Source of the DNA: Hyalangium minutum
GTDB lineage: Bacteria; Myxococcota; Myxococcia; Myxococcales; Myxococcaceae
Length of the DNA stretch: 248,000 nt
Reading direction: 5' to 3'
Assembly: GCF_000737315.1 (NCBI RefSeq)
Contig: NZ_JMCB01000003.1
Location: 20,001-268,000, forward strand
Shown here one piece after another: positions 32,099 to 42,209 of this stretch; within the stretch, counting starts at the first letter, position 1, and every line of letters starts with the position of its first letter. A program made the position numbers and the translations under genes. The notes under the pieces were generated by a model. The model was not told the DNA's origin. It ran no database searches and saw only the letters and a list, made by a program, of their open reading frames with translations.

Positions 32099-33672
32099 AG
32101 CCTTTCGAGCAGCAGACCTATTACGAGCTCCTCGAGATCCCCGTCTCCGCGCCGGACGAGGAGATCCGCGCCGCTTACACCCGGGCCCTCGAGACGTACG
32201 CGCCTGACTCCGTCGCGGTGTACGCCCTGGTGGATCCTGGCCAGGTCGATGCTTTGCGCGCCCGGCTCACCGAGGCGATGGAGATCCTCACCGAGCCGGA
32301 CCTCCGCGCCGAGTATGACCGGATGATCGGCGTGAGCCGCGCCGACTCGAGTGCCGTGAAGGCCCTGACCCCCGCGCTGGCCGCGGCTGCTCAGTCCGTC
32401 CCGTCCCAGGAGACTTCCCAGCCTCCCGCCGCTCCAGCGCCCGAGGCCGCTCCTGCGGCGCAGACGCCCGCTTCCGCGGTGGTGGCGGCTCCCTCCGCGC
32501 CTGAGCCCGCCCCGGCGGCTGCTGCTTCGGCTGCTTCGGCTCCCACTCCCACCGCTTCGTCTGCCCCGGCCTCCACGCCTCCCCAGGCTGAGCCTGTCGC
32601 AGCCCCTGCGCCCGCTGCGCCTGCGGTTGCCGCACCCACGCTTGCCGTGCCCGAGGCTCCGTTGGGGATGCCGGGGATCGTCACGCCGAGCCAGGTCCAT
32701 GCGGCGTTCCGCAGCTATGCCATTTCGTATGTGCCCGTGCTGGTGCCCGCGCCCGCGCTGATCAGCACCGCGGTCGCCTCGCCGTTCGTGGCCTCGGGGC
32801 AGGCAGAGGCGGCACCTCCCGCACCGGAGGCACCGGCTGCCGCGCCCGCGGCTCCGGCTCCCGAGGCTGTCGCGGCCCGGGCCGTCGAGCCGGTACCTCC
32901 CGCAGCTGCTCCTGCGAGCACGGCCAGCGCAGCACCTCAGAGTGCAACGAGCACTCCCGCCGCCACGTCCGTTGCATCCTCTGAGCCTGCCGCTGTTTCC
33001 ACACCCGCCCCCGCGCCGGTGGCTGCCTCGCCAGCGCCTGCCCAGGTGCGGGTGAACGACGAGGACGAGGTCTCCGGAGTCCGGGCCCCGCTGCCCGAGC
33101 GGAAGGAGACGCCTGCCGCGGCCTCGCAGCCCACAGCCACGCCTCCCGCGCCGCCCGAGCGCCTCACGCGGCCTGTTCCCACGCCGCCGCCGCTGCCTCC
33201 CGGAGGCCGCCGCCCCGCGCGCCCGGCCGGCCCACCGACGCCCGTTCCCAGGGCTGACGCAGGGAAGGGGAGCGCGCGTCCGGGCTCGGGTCCGGGCATG
33301 GACCTCGAGGAGGCTCAGCAGATCGCCCAGGAGACCGCCATCGCCACGGCGGAGGCGGCGCTCGCCCAGGTGGCCGCCAAGGCGCGTGAGCCGAGGCCCA
33401 AGCCCATCGAGCTGCCCCCCAACACCGAGTTCAACGGCGAGGTGCTCCGGCAGGTCCGCGAGAGCCGGGGCCTGTCGCTCTCGCAGCTCGCCGAGCGCAC
33501 GCGCATCTCCAGCAAGCACCTGGAGAATGTCGAGGCGGACCGCTACACCGCGCTCCCCGCCACCGTGTACCTGCGCGGCATCCTCATGAACATCGCCCGC
33601 GAGCTCGGGTTGGATCCGCTCAAGGTCTCCCGGAGCTATCTGACTCTGGCCGCAGGGCCGAAGAAGAAGTAG
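32095..33672 (+). CDS. J-domain-like / Ala-Pro linker / HTH_25 (RodZ-like) protein
   Basis: TYYELLEI N-terminus; C-terminal GEVLRQVRESRGLSL..LRGIL. Confidence 0.7.
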   Translation: MKPFEQQTYYELLEIPVSAPDEEIRAAYTRALETYAPDSVAVYALVDPGQVDALRARLTEAMEILTEPDLRAEYDRMIGVSRADSSAVKALTPALAAAAQSVPSQETSQPPAAPAPEAAPAAQTPASAVVAAPSAPEPAPAAAASAASAPTPTASSAPASTPPQAEPVAAPAPAAPAVAAPTLAVPEAPLGMPGIVTPSQVHAAFRSYAISYVPVLVPAPALISTAVASPFVASGQAEAAPPAPEAPAAAPAAPAPEAVAARAVEPVPPAAAPASTASAAPQSATSTPAATSVASSEPAAVSTPAPAPVAASPAPAQVRVNDEDEVSGVRAPLPERKETPAAASQPTATPPAPPERLTRPVPTPPPLPPGGRRPARPAGPPTPVPRADAGKGSARPGSGPGMDLEEAQQIAQETAIATAEAALAQVAAKAREPRPKPIELPPNTEFNGEVLRQVRESRGLSLSQLAERTRISSKHLENVEADRYTALPATVYLRGILMNIARELGLDPLKVSRSYLTLAAGPKKK

Positions 33673-33751
33673 TCGGCGCACAACGGCAGGCGTGGTAGGA
33701 CTTGCCGTTAAAGTTGACTGGCCGCATTTCCGTCCCTATGAAAGAAGCGCA

Positions 33752-34015
33752 ATGACAGAGGAAGAAAAGGTCAAAGCGATGCGGCTCGCCCGCGCCATTG
33801 CCTCGGACATCTCGCTCTACAACGAGCAGAAGATCATCAAGGGCATTGAGCAGGACAACCTCTTCGAGGTCCTCAAGGACGAGCTCGACGAGGGGCGTGA
33901 GCTCTACAAGAGCCGCGTGAGCGCCGAGATCTTCACGAAGACGAACTTCTTCGAGCGGGCCATCAACGACATCGTCCTGCGCTCCAAGGCGCACGTGAAG
34001 TCGAAGATTTGGTAG
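33752..34015 (+). CDS. conserved small hypothetical protein
   Basis: RLARAIASDISLYN motif typical of deltaproteobacterial small proteins. Confidence 0.6.
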   Translation: MTEEEKVKAMRLARAIASDISLYNEQKIIKGIEQDNLFEVLKDELDEGRELYKSRVSAEIFTKTNFFERAINDIVLRSKAHVKSKIW

Positions 34016-34950
34016 CTCCCGAAGCGCGCGAGCACCAGGCCCCGCCCGAGGCCCGTGGCGAGCGGCTGGATCAGCACCTCGCGCGCGCCCATCCCGATCT
34101 CACCCGGTCCCGTCTCCAGGGGCTCATCGAGGCGGGCCACGTCCAGGTGGACGGCCGGCCCGCGAAGGCCTCGCTGCGGCTGCGCGGCGGTGAGCGGCTC
34201 TCCCTCCACATCCCCGCGCCCGTGGCGGCCGTGCCGGTGGCCGAAGCGCTGCCGATCGACGTGCTCCACGAGGATCGGGATCTCGTCGTGGTGAACAAGG
34301 CGGCGGGCATGGTGGTGCACCCGGGGGCGGGGCACGCCTCGGGGACGCTGGTCAACGCGCTGCTGCACCGGGTGAAGGATCTGGCCGGAGTGGGCGGCGA
34401 GCTGCGGCCGGGCATCGTCCACCGGCTCGACAAGGACACCACGGGGTGCCTCGTGGTGGCGAAGAACGAGCGGACGCTCGTGGCGCTGCAGAAGGCCTTC
34501 AAGACGCGCGCGGTGGAGAAGACGTACCTGGCGCTGGTACACGGCCACCCCAAGCCCGAGGGCCGCATCGAGACGCTGTACGGGCGCCACCCGGTGCACC
34601 GGCAGAAGTTCACCGGCAAAGTCAAAGAGGGCAAGCCCGCGATCACGGTGTACCGGACGCGCGAGCTCTTCGAGGGCGCCGCGCTCGTCGAGGTGGACCT
34701 GCTGACGGGCCGCACGCACCAGATCCGCGTGCACCTGGCCGAGGCGGCGCATCCGCTCTTGTGCGATGCGTTGTACGGCGCCGGGCGCAAGGCGAAGGGG
34801 CCAGTGCTCGAGGCCCAGGAGGCGCTGGGGCGCCAGGCGCTGCACGCGTGGCGGCTCGCGTTCACGCACCCGCGGACGGGCAAGGCGCTGAAGCTGGAGG
34901 CGCCGCTGCCCGCGGACTTCGAAGCAGCAATCGCGCGTCTCCGCAATTGA
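34009..34950 (+). CDS. rluD: RluA-family pseudouridine synthase
   Basis: S4 domain, VHRLDKDTTG, TGRTHQIRVH. Confidence 0.85.
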   Translation: MVAPEAREHQAPPEARGERLDQHLARAHPDLTRSRLQGLIEAGHVQVDGRPAKASLRLRGGERLSLHIPAPVAAVPVAEALPIDVLHEDRDLVVVNKAAGMVVHPGAGHASGTLVNALLHRVKDLAGVGGELRPGIVHRLDKDTTGCLVVAKNERTLVALQKAFKTRAVEKTYLALVHGHPKPEGRIETLYGRHPVHRQKFTGKVKEGKPAITVYRTRELFEGAALVEVDLLTGRTHQIRVHLAEAAHPLLCDALYGAGRKAKGPVLEAQEALGRQALHAWRLAFTHPRTGKALKLEAPLPADFEAAIARLRN

Positions 34951-35100
34951 ACTCCAGGGCAGGGTGCGTGCTCGCGCGGCGCGTCACTCACCCCGGGGGA
35001 GGAAGGGAGCGTCTCCCCCCAACTATCGGGTCCACATTCACTCCTCGTAAGATTCGCGTGGGCTTCGGAGCTGACGTCGGGCGCCCAGAGATCTCAAGAC

Positions 35101-36084
35101 ATGTCGCTCAAGACGCGATGGCTTGCGAGCATGTGGGGGGTGATTTTGGGAGGGATCGTCATCACGACGATCGCGAGCTCCAGCCTCAGCATCATCGGCC
35201 TTGGGCTGCTGTTGCTGCCGCTGCTGGGGTTCATCGTCTGGAGGCTCGTCAATGACATGGTGCGTGAGCTGACGGAGACTCAGCGGCGGCTCGCCTATTC
35301 GGAGAAGATGGCCGCGGTCAGCCAGCTCGCCGCGGGCGTGGGACACGAGATCAACAACCCCATCACCTATGTCTCCGCCAATCTCGGCTTCGCCACGGAG
35401 ATCCTCGCCGAGCTGAGCGGTACCTCCCGGACTGCGGACTCCCCGCCGCTGCCTCCCGAGGTGGCCGAGCAGCTCCGCGAAGTCTCCGAGGCCCTGCGGG
35501 AGGCGCAGGATGGGGCCCAGCGCGTGGCCCGCATCGTGAGGGATCTGCGCACCTTCGCTCAGCCCGGCAATGCGGCGGGGCAGCTGGTGGAGATCCGCTC
35601 CATCATCGAGTCCGCGCTGAAGCTCGCCTCCAACCCCCTCCTGCTCCGGGCGCGTGTCTTCTGTGACTTCCAGGTGGAGATCCGGGTGAGGGCCCCCGAG
35701 GCGCGGTTGGTCCAGGTCTTCATGAACCTGCTCGTCAATGCGGCACAGGCCATTCCTCCTGGGCACGTCGAGGAGAACGAGGTCCGCGTCACCACGTCCC
35801 TGGGGACCGAGGGCTTCATCGTGGTGGAGGTGAGTGACACGGGGCAGGGCATGCCTCCCGAGGTGCTCAAGCGGTTGTTCGAGCCCTTCTTCACCACCAA
35901 GCCGGTGGGGCAGGGCACGGGCCTGGGGCTGTCCATCTGCCGGAACGTCATCGAGGGGATGGGGGGCACCCTGACGGTGCGTAGCACCGTGGGGAAGGGC
36001 AGCGCCTTCCGGATCACCTTGCCCGAGGCGGGGCCTCTGGGCGCGCAGTTCCCTCAGGACGCGGGGGCGGCTCTGCGCGGGTGA
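35101..36084 (+). CDS. sensor histidine kinase
   Basis: GHEINNP, NAAQA, GTGLGL. Confidence 0.85.
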   Translation: MSLKTRWLASMWGVILGGIVITTIASSSLSIIGLGLLLLPLLGFIVWRLVNDMVRELTETQRRLAYSEKMAAVSQLAAGVGHEINNPITYVSANLGFATEILAELSGTSRTADSPPLPPEVAEQLREVSEALREAQDGAQRVARIVRDLRTFAQPGNAAGQLVEIRSIIESALKLASNPLLLRARVFCDFQVEIRVRAPEARLVQVFMNLLVNAAQAIPPGHVEENEVRVTTSLGTEGFIVVEVSDTGQGMPPEVLKRLFEPFFTTKPVGQGTGLGLSICRNVIEGMGGTLTVRSTVGKGSAFRITLPEAGPLGAQFPQDAGAALRG

Positions 36085-36222
36085 GCAGGGGCCGTGCGTT
36101 CCATGTTGGTGCACCTCGCCTCAATCTGGAGCGAGCAGGAGATCCAAACTGGACGGGAATTCCCTCGGTTCCGAGCGGCTCCCGTCTGAAACGGTGCAGG
36201 CACGCGGCTCGCATGGGTGGGG

Positions 36223-38538
36223 ATGAACCCCCAACGAGCAGGTGTCCGCGTGCCTCCGCCGAACAACAGCAGCGAAGCCATCCAGCGCATCTCCCTGAAG
36301 AACCGCGAGTACGCGTACATCGAGGACGCCAACCGCGGTGTGGTGCTGGTGGAGATCGGCCCCAAGGTGCTCACGCTGGAGGCCCACCTCACCCTGGTGA
36401 CCAAGAGCCGGATGATCGAGCTGGGCACCGGCAGCTGGTGCGTGGTGCGCAACCCGGTGGTGCGCGAGGAGGGCAAGGTCTCGTTGGACGACTTTGGCCA
36501 GGCCCGTATCGCCGTGGGCGATCGCGAGGTCCGCGTCGGTCCTCAGGTGTTCCCGCTGTACCCCGGTGAAGAGCTCGAGGGCGAGATCACCCCCGAGTAC
36601 GTGCTGGGAGTCTATGACGCGCTCCGGCTGCGCGCGCTCACGGCGTTCATGGATGAGCGGACCCCGGGTGGGCCGCGCCGCCGCGAGGCCGGTGACGAGT
36701 GGCTCGTGCGAGGCCCTGGCCGCTACGTCCCGAGCGCCGCAGTGATGGTGGTCTCCACCGAGAAGGCTCGCGTCCTGAAGGAGACCGAGTACTGCATCGT
36801 GCTCAACCCCGTGGATCGAACCACTGGGAAGATCCAGGAGGGCCGCCGCAAGGTCATCTCAGGCCCGGACGTGTTCTTCCTGGAGCCGGGCGAGCAGCTC
36901 GAGGGCGACGTCCGTCGCAAGCACGTGCTCTCGGAGATGCAGGGGCTGAAGCTCCAGGCGCTCGATGACTTCTCCGAGCCGGAGGAGGGCGGCGAGCCCC
37001 GGCTGCGCAAGGCGGGTGACACGTGGATCGTCCGTGGCCCGCGCACCTACGTGCCGAACGAGAAGGTCGTCATCCAGAAGGAGATCGTCGCGCTGTCGCT
37101 TGGCCAGGGCGAGGGCCTCTACGTGAGGGATCTGCGCTCCGGCAAGGTGTCGCTGGTCCAGGGGCCGTGCCAGTTCATGCCCGAGGCCCACCAGGAGCTG
37201 CACGAGAAGCGGCTCTCGCCGGATGCCGAGGCGCTGCTGGGCCTGGCGCCGCCCGCGCAGGCGCCGCACCTGGCCGCCGTGGAGGGCAAGGAGGGCAAGG
37301 CGCCGCCGCGTCCGTCCGCCAGCGCTTCGGATCGGGTGGACCGTACGCGCGCCATCGTGCTGCGCATCGAGGACAACACCTCGGTGCTCATCAACGACTT
37401 CGAGACCAACCACGCCCGGGTGGAGTTCGGCCCCGCGAAGGTGATGCTGCGCCCCTACGAGGACGTGACGGTGCTCGACTTGTCCGGCGGGACGCCCAAG
37501 CGCCCGCGGCAGCTCAAGGTGCTCATGCTGCGCCTGGGGCCTGACTTCGCCACGGACCTGTTCGAGGTGGCCACGCGGGACCACGCGCGCCTGCGCATCA
37601 AGCTCTCGTACAAGTGGCAGTTCGACGTGGAGGGGGACTCAGAGAAGGACAAGGCCATCTTCCGGGTGAACGACTTCATCGGCTACGTGTGCGAGAACCT
37701 CGCGTCGCGCATCCGCCAGGTGGCGGCGGAGAACGACTTCGAGACGTTCCACAAGAACGCGAGCGTGCTGATCCGCCGTGCCATCTTCGGGGTGGATGAG
37801 GCGGGCAAGGCGCGCAAGGACCGCCTGTTCAGCGAGAACAAGCTGCGCATCATCGACATCGACATCAAGGACATCGCCCCGGTCGATGACAAGACGGCGC
37901 TCAAGCTGCGCGAGGCCATCGACACCAACATCCAGATCCAGCTGGATGCGTCGAAGCAGGAGGCGCAGGCAGCGGCCGAGCTGAAGCGCATCCGCAGCGA
38001 GGAGGAGAAGCAACTGGCGGATATCTCCAGCCACCGGAAGTCGGAGGCGGAGCGCCAGTCGCTCATCGAGCTGCAGAACAAGAACCATCAGCTGGCCACG
38101 CTGAGCCACGCGAAGGTGGAGGCCGAGGCGCAGCTGGAGAAGGCGCGCGTGGAGAGCGAGGAGGCATTGGCCCGAGCCGAGGCCGAGGCCCGCGCGTCCC
38201 GCATCCGCACCGAGGCGGAGCTCGAGCGCGAGCGGATGATGTCGGAGGTGACGCTGGAGCGGCAGAAGAAGCTGAATGATCTCGAGGTGGATCGTCAGGC
38301 GCGGCTGGCGGCGGTGGAGGCTGATCAGTTCCGCCAGCGGGTCGAGGCGCTCGGGGGCGGAGAGAACTTCGTCAAGGCGGTGGCCGCGCAGGCACAGGCG
38401 GCGGTGGTGGGCGGCCTGGACAAGGTCGTCTTCCTGCCGAGCGGCTCGAACCTGAACCTGTTCGACTCCATGCAGGGGCTGCTCGGCCCTGGAGGCAAGA
38501 ACGGGGTGACGGGCGACAAGAACACCGGCACCCACTGA
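36223..38538 (+). CDS. major vault protein (MVP) homolog
   Basis: vault repeats (GDEWLVRGPGRYVP, GDTWIVRGPRTYVP); shoulder LGPDFATD..TRDHARL.I.LSY.W.F, DFIG..C..LASRIR, FETFHKNA..LIRRAIFG; long C-terminal coiled-coil cap helix. Confidence 0.85.
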   Translation: MNPQRAGVRVPPPNNSSEAIQRISLKNREYAYIEDANRGVVLVEIGPKVLTLEAHLTLVTKSRMIELGTGSWCVVRNPVVREEGKVSLDDFGQARIAVGDREVRVGPQVFPLYPGEELEGEITPEYVLGVYDALRLRALTAFMDERTPGGPRRREAGDEWLVRGPGRYVPSAAVMVVSTEKARVLKETEYCIVLNPVDRTTGKIQEGRRKVISGPDVFFLEPGEQLEGDVRRKHVLSEMQGLKLQALDDFSEPEEGGEPRLRKAGDTWIVRGPRTYVPNEKVVIQKEIVALSLGQGEGLYVRDLRSGKVSLVQGPCQFMPEAHQELHEKRLSPDAEALLGLAPPAQAPHLAAVEGKEGKAPPRPSASASDRVDRTRAIVLRIEDNTSVLINDFETNHARVEFGPAKVMLRPYEDVTVLDLSGGTPKRPRQLKVLMLRLGPDFATDLFEVATRDHARLRIKLSYKWQFDVEGDSEKDKAIFRVNDFIGYVCENLASRIRQVAAENDFETFHKNASVLIRRAIFGVDEAGKARKDRLFSENKLRIIDIDIKDIAPVDDKTALKLREAIDTNIQIQLDASKQEAQAAAELKRIRSEEEKQLADISSHRKSEAERQSLIELQNKNHQLATLSHAKVEAEAQLEKARVESEEALARAEAEARASRIRTEAELERERMMSEVTLERQKKLNDLEVDRQARLAAVEADQFRQRVEALGGGENFVKAVAAQAQAAVVGGLDKVVFLPSGSNLNLFDSMQGLLGPGGKNGVTGDKNTGTH

Positions 38539-38636
38539 GGTTTTGAGCACAGTGTGGGGCGGGCTTCTTCCCTCCATTGGACAGAAGTCCGCCCCTCGGC
38601 TTGTCGCAGGCCCAGCACTCGGTGCATTCAGAACGC

Positions 38637-39005
38637 ATGGCCATCGCAGAGGTGCACATGAGGCTGGGGAAGTTGCTCGGCAGCATCGATGAGGTGCTGG
38701 GCACCCCCAAGGTGGATATTCGCTCGATTGAGCGGCTCATCGATCAGGCGCGCTGGGCGAAGCTCTACATCGACTTCGAGCTGGCGTTTAAGCCCTACCG
38801 CGACGTCCTGGATGCGGACTGGGGCACGCGCAAGTTCGTGTCGGAGACCTCGGCGCGCCAGATGTTCGAGGAGTTCCGCACCCGGCTGGGCGACGTGGCG
38901 GCGGAGACCGCGGGCCATGTGCCGCTGCGCAACCTCCGGGCTCGTGTCGAAGGCGTCCTCAACGTTGCCCAGCAGTGGTGGGGAACACTGGCCCATCCTT
39001 CTTGA
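38637..39005 (+). CDS. hypothetical protein
   Basis: ORF downstream of MVP with typical codon usage. Confidence 0.55.
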   Translation: MAIAEVHMRLGKLLGSIDEVLGTPKVDIRSIERLIDQARWAKLYIDFELAFKPYRDVLDADWGTRKFVSETSARQMFEEFRTRLGDVAAETAGHVPLRNLRARVEGVLNVAQQWWGTLAHPS

Positions 39006-39050
39006 TGCGTGGGGCCTCTGCTCCGGTGTTGCGCCGGGAGGAGGCAGGGG

Positions 39051-40307
39051 TCAGCGGTGCAGATGGGACTCGGTCTGCTCCAGGTGGCGGCGGGCCTGGG
39101 TGAGGGCCCGCTCCGCGACGGCGGCCTGCTCATCGGCGCGCTCGGCTTCTTCGGTCTGAGCGCGCTCGGCCTCCTCGGCGTTCTGGAGTTCTTCGCGGGC
39201 CTGACGGGCCAGATCCTCGGCGGCTTCGAGCGCCTCGCGTGCGCGGTGGACTTGGGTCTCGGCAGTCTCGAGGACCCGGCGAGCCTGGAGGGTCTGGGCC
39301 TTCATGGTCCGCAGTGCCGCCTGGGCGCGTACCAGGTTGTGGCGTGCGTTCTTCTCGGCCAGGGTGGCCTCGTCCGCGCTTTGCTTGGCCTCCCGGCGGA
39401 GCTGACGCAGCTCCACATCGCGCTGGCGCCGGGTCTCGGCCTCCGCTTCTTTATGGGCCTTGCGCTTCTGAGCGGGAGACTCAGCCGGGACGGCATGCGG
39501 CTTCGGACTCGGCATGGTCCGGACCGGGATTTGTTCCTCTTCCTCCCGAGGCGCCCAAGGGCCTCGCAGCACCTTGGCGTCCGCGCGATGAGGCGTGGGG
39601 GCAGGGCGTGCCGGGGTTTTCTCGGGACGGCGGCTGGGCGGTGGCTTTGGAGGCTTGGGGGCGGGGCGTTCCGGAGCAGGGCCGACGAGCATGAGCGGGG
39701 AGAGTGACCCGAAGCCGGAGCTGCGGAGCGGCTGGGTCAAGGTGCCCCGGGCGAGGATGGCGCGCTCCTCGGCCGTGCCCAGCGCGGCAGCGCGCAGGGT
39801 CTCTTCGACCTGGCGGATGAGATCTCCCGTGGCGTCACGGCCCAGCGCACTCAGCGAGGCGTTGACGTCCTTCATCAAGACTTCGAGCGACTGTTGAAAG
39901 GTGCGGTTGGCATCCTTGAGCTGATCGGTGGCCAGCCCGGACATGGCGCGGCGGTGGGCCAGCTCCAGCGCATGGGCAGAGGAGAGGAACTGATCCATGT
40001 GCTCTGGCTGTCCCTGGGCCAGCCGGTTGACGATCCACGCGGGGACAACGGGGCGCTTGAGCTTCTTGATCGCCTGGGCTTCCTGGGTGTGACCCTCGGC
40101 GGTGAGCGCCTTGGCGAGCGCATCCCGTGTGCGGGTGAACTGATCCAGGGGCAGGGCGTACAGGGCGCGTTGCCGGGCGGCGATCTCCGCCTCGGAGCTT
40201 CCTTGCTTGCCCCGCGAACCGGGAGGCGTTTTCGAGCGAGACGCCACGGGTTCAAGGTGCGATCCGGCGGCGCGAAACGGCAAGTACCTGACTTCCTGGA
40301 GCGCCAT
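39051..40307 (-). CDS. hypothetical protein (coiled-coil C-terminus)
   Basis: LYALPLDQFTRTRD..KLKRP..AWIVN pattern. Confidence 0.6.
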   Translation of the reverse strand: MALQEVRYLPFRAAGSHLEPVASRSKTPPGSRGKQGSSEAEIAARQRALYALPLDQFTRTRDALAKALTAEGHTQEAQAIKKLKRPVVPAWIVNRLAQGQPEHMDQFLSSAHALELAHRRAMSGLATDQLKDANRTFQQSLEVLMKDVNASLSALGRDATGDLIRQVEETLRAAALGTAEERAILARGTLTQPLRSSGFGSLSPLMLVGPAPERPAPKPPKPPPSRRPEKTPARPAPTPHRADAKVLRGPWAPREEEEQIPVRTMPSPKPHAVPAESPAQKRKAHKEAEAETRRQRDVELRQLRREAKQSADEATLAEKNARHNLVRAQAALRTMKAQTLQARRVLETAETQVHRAREALEAAEDLARQAREELQNAEEAERAQTEEAERADEQAAVAERALTQARRHLEQTESHLHR

Positions 40308-40316
40308 GCCTGCTAA

Positions 40317-41294
40317 TCAGTCAGCAGGCTTCGTCGAGGCTGCTTTCCGGGCCAGTTCGAGCTGCTCGCGGATCCACTCTCTGTAGAAGTAGGTGCTTGT
40401 GTACTCGGAGAACTCGACAGGGGCGCGATAGCTCGTCTTCGCGATCCCGACGAGCTCCAAGGCGTCGCCGTTCTCGCGGAGGCACGGGCCTCCACTGTCT
40501 CCAGCCAGTGCGTACGAGGCGGTCTCCCGCATCAGGAGCGGCTCTCCCTCGGAGAAGGTGGGCGGAATGAGCAAGGGCTTCGCGATGCGAAAGGTCTTGC
40601 CGTCCGTCTCTTCCAGAGATGCGACCTCATTGGTGCCTATCCGGCGAGCACCGCCATCCTCAGCATTGGGTCTCGTGACACCGTAGCCCACGCTGATCAC
40701 GGGTTCTGAGACACGGACCTTGGTGCGAGAGAGAGGAACGGCACGGAGTCCGCCAACGAGCGGTCGATCCAGGACAATGACTGCGAGGTCCGCATTGCTG
40801 GAGAGTTCCCGGCTGTCCGACTCACGGGCGTAACGGATCTTGAGCTCCGGATGAGGACGAACCCGCCCAGTGTGCGAGATGACATCTGCTGGCCACTGCA
40901 GGTCCTCTCGCAGGATGCTTCTCTGCTCTTCTGAGAGGGGCCTGTAGCGGACGGTCGTCACAGTGGCGGTCTTGGCGCACTGGGATGCATCAACGACGAA
41001 GGTCCCTGCGTCTTCGGGAGTGGTCCCTGCATGGGAGGCGCACACGCAGTGACCAGCCGTGAGAATGAGCTGAGCATGGGTGAGCACCCCGCTGCACGTT
41101 TTGAAGGCTACGCCTTTCCTGCTATCGAAGGTCGCGGTGACCCTGACGGTCGAGGCGTAGCGGTTCGAGGCATCCAGGACACTCTCCGAGACAATGGAGT
41201 AGCCACCGCTGGTCTGCTGCACCGCACCAGGACCCGCACAGCCGATGAGGGCTGTGAGCGGGAGCCAGATAAGGCATCTTGTGAAAGGGCTCAT
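40317..41294 (-). CDS. trypsin-like serine protease lipoprotein
   Basis: lipobox LIGC; LTAGHC, DLAV, GDSGGP. Confidence 0.8.
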   Translation of the reverse strand: MSPFTRCLIWLPLTALIGCAGPGAVQQTSGGYSIVSESVLDASNRYASTVRVTATFDSRKGVAFKTCSGVLTHAQLILTAGHCVCASHAGTTPEDAGTFVVDASQCAKTATVTTVRYRPLSEEQRSILREDLQWPADVISHTGRVRPHPELKIRYARESDSRELSSNADLAVIVLDRPLVGGLRAVPLSRTKVRVSEPVISVGYGVTRPNAEDGGARRIGTNEVASLEETDGKTFRIAKPLLIPPTFSEGEPLLMRETASYALAGDSGGPCLRENGDALELVGIAKTSYRAPVEFSEYTSTYFYREWIREQLELARKAASTKPAD

Positions 41295-42208
41295 GGGACC
41301 TGACCTTCAGCGGTGTGCCTGAGTTCACTCCGCACCCACGCTTGATATCCGTGGATGCTCGTGCAGGCTGCGCCCCTTCCCAGGTTCCTGCTGGAGACTC
41401 CGACGAGGAGGGAATGGCCCGAGTCTTCGCGCAGGCAGGGGCCGCCGCTGTCGCCCTTGTAGAGGTGTCCAGACGGTTGCCTCACCAGGATCCTTGAGTC
41501 GCCAGCCACGGGAGGTCTCGTGGCCGTGTTTCTGCTGAACCGGCGGTTTTGATCATAACGATCATAGATCTCATCGTAGGCCTGCCCGGCGATGATGAGG
41601 GTCTCGGGAGGTTGAGCCTCCGTGCGTGCCATAAGGACAGGGGAGATCGCTTCTTCCACGGGACTTTCCAAGTGAATCATCGCAAGGTCCGCGACGCTGG
41701 AGACAACTTCTCCGTGGTCATTCAGGAGCACGCGGAACGCCGGGTGGGGATGGACCACTCCCAGGTAGAGCGCGCTGCTGGAACTGGCTTCATCCTCCAG
41801 GCCTGGGACGGGGGTGTAGAGGATCGTCGAGACGGCCGCCCTCTGGGCGCAGTTCGAAGCATCCATGAGGGAGGCGGACTGCGGGGCGCATAGGCAGTGC
41901 GCAGCTGTCAGGACAGCCCGGCGGTCCACCAGCACGCCGCTGCATCGCTTCGACTGCTCGCCGAGACGGGCGCCGACCACCACCGCCGAGGCGTAGCGGT
42001 TCTCCTTGTCCAACTTGCCCGCGAGCAGGAGCCGATCCGCCTCGATGGTCAGGGCCAGGGACTCCCCGAGCTCCCCAGCGATAGGGCTCGTGACAGTCCT
42101 GGGGGCCGCAGGGGCAGGGGGAGGTCTCGGGGCCTGGCACCCATCGCAGCCCACGAACGCGGTGAGCGCCAGAAAGGCTGTGGCGAGCCAGCCCCGAGGG
42201 GAGGGCAT
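41291..42208 (-). CDS. trypsin-like serine protease lipoprotein
   Basis: lipobox FVGC; LTAAHC, DLAM, GDSGGP. Confidence 0.8.
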   Translation of the reverse strand: MPSPRGWLATAFLALTAFVGCDGCQAPRPPPAPAAPRTVTSPIAGELGESLALTIEADRLLLAGKLDKENRYASAVVVGARLGEQSKRCSGVLVDRRAVLTAAHCLCAPQSASLMDASNCAQRAAVSTILYTPVPGLEDEASSSSALYLGVVHPHPAFRVLLNDHGEVVSSVADLAMIHLESPVEEAISPVLMARTEAQPPETLIIAGQAYDEIYDRYDQNRRFSRNTATRPPVAGDSRILVRQPSGHLYKGDSGGPCLREDSGHSLLVGVSSRNLGRGAACTSIHGYQAWVRSELRHTAEGQVP

Positions 42209-42209
42209 C

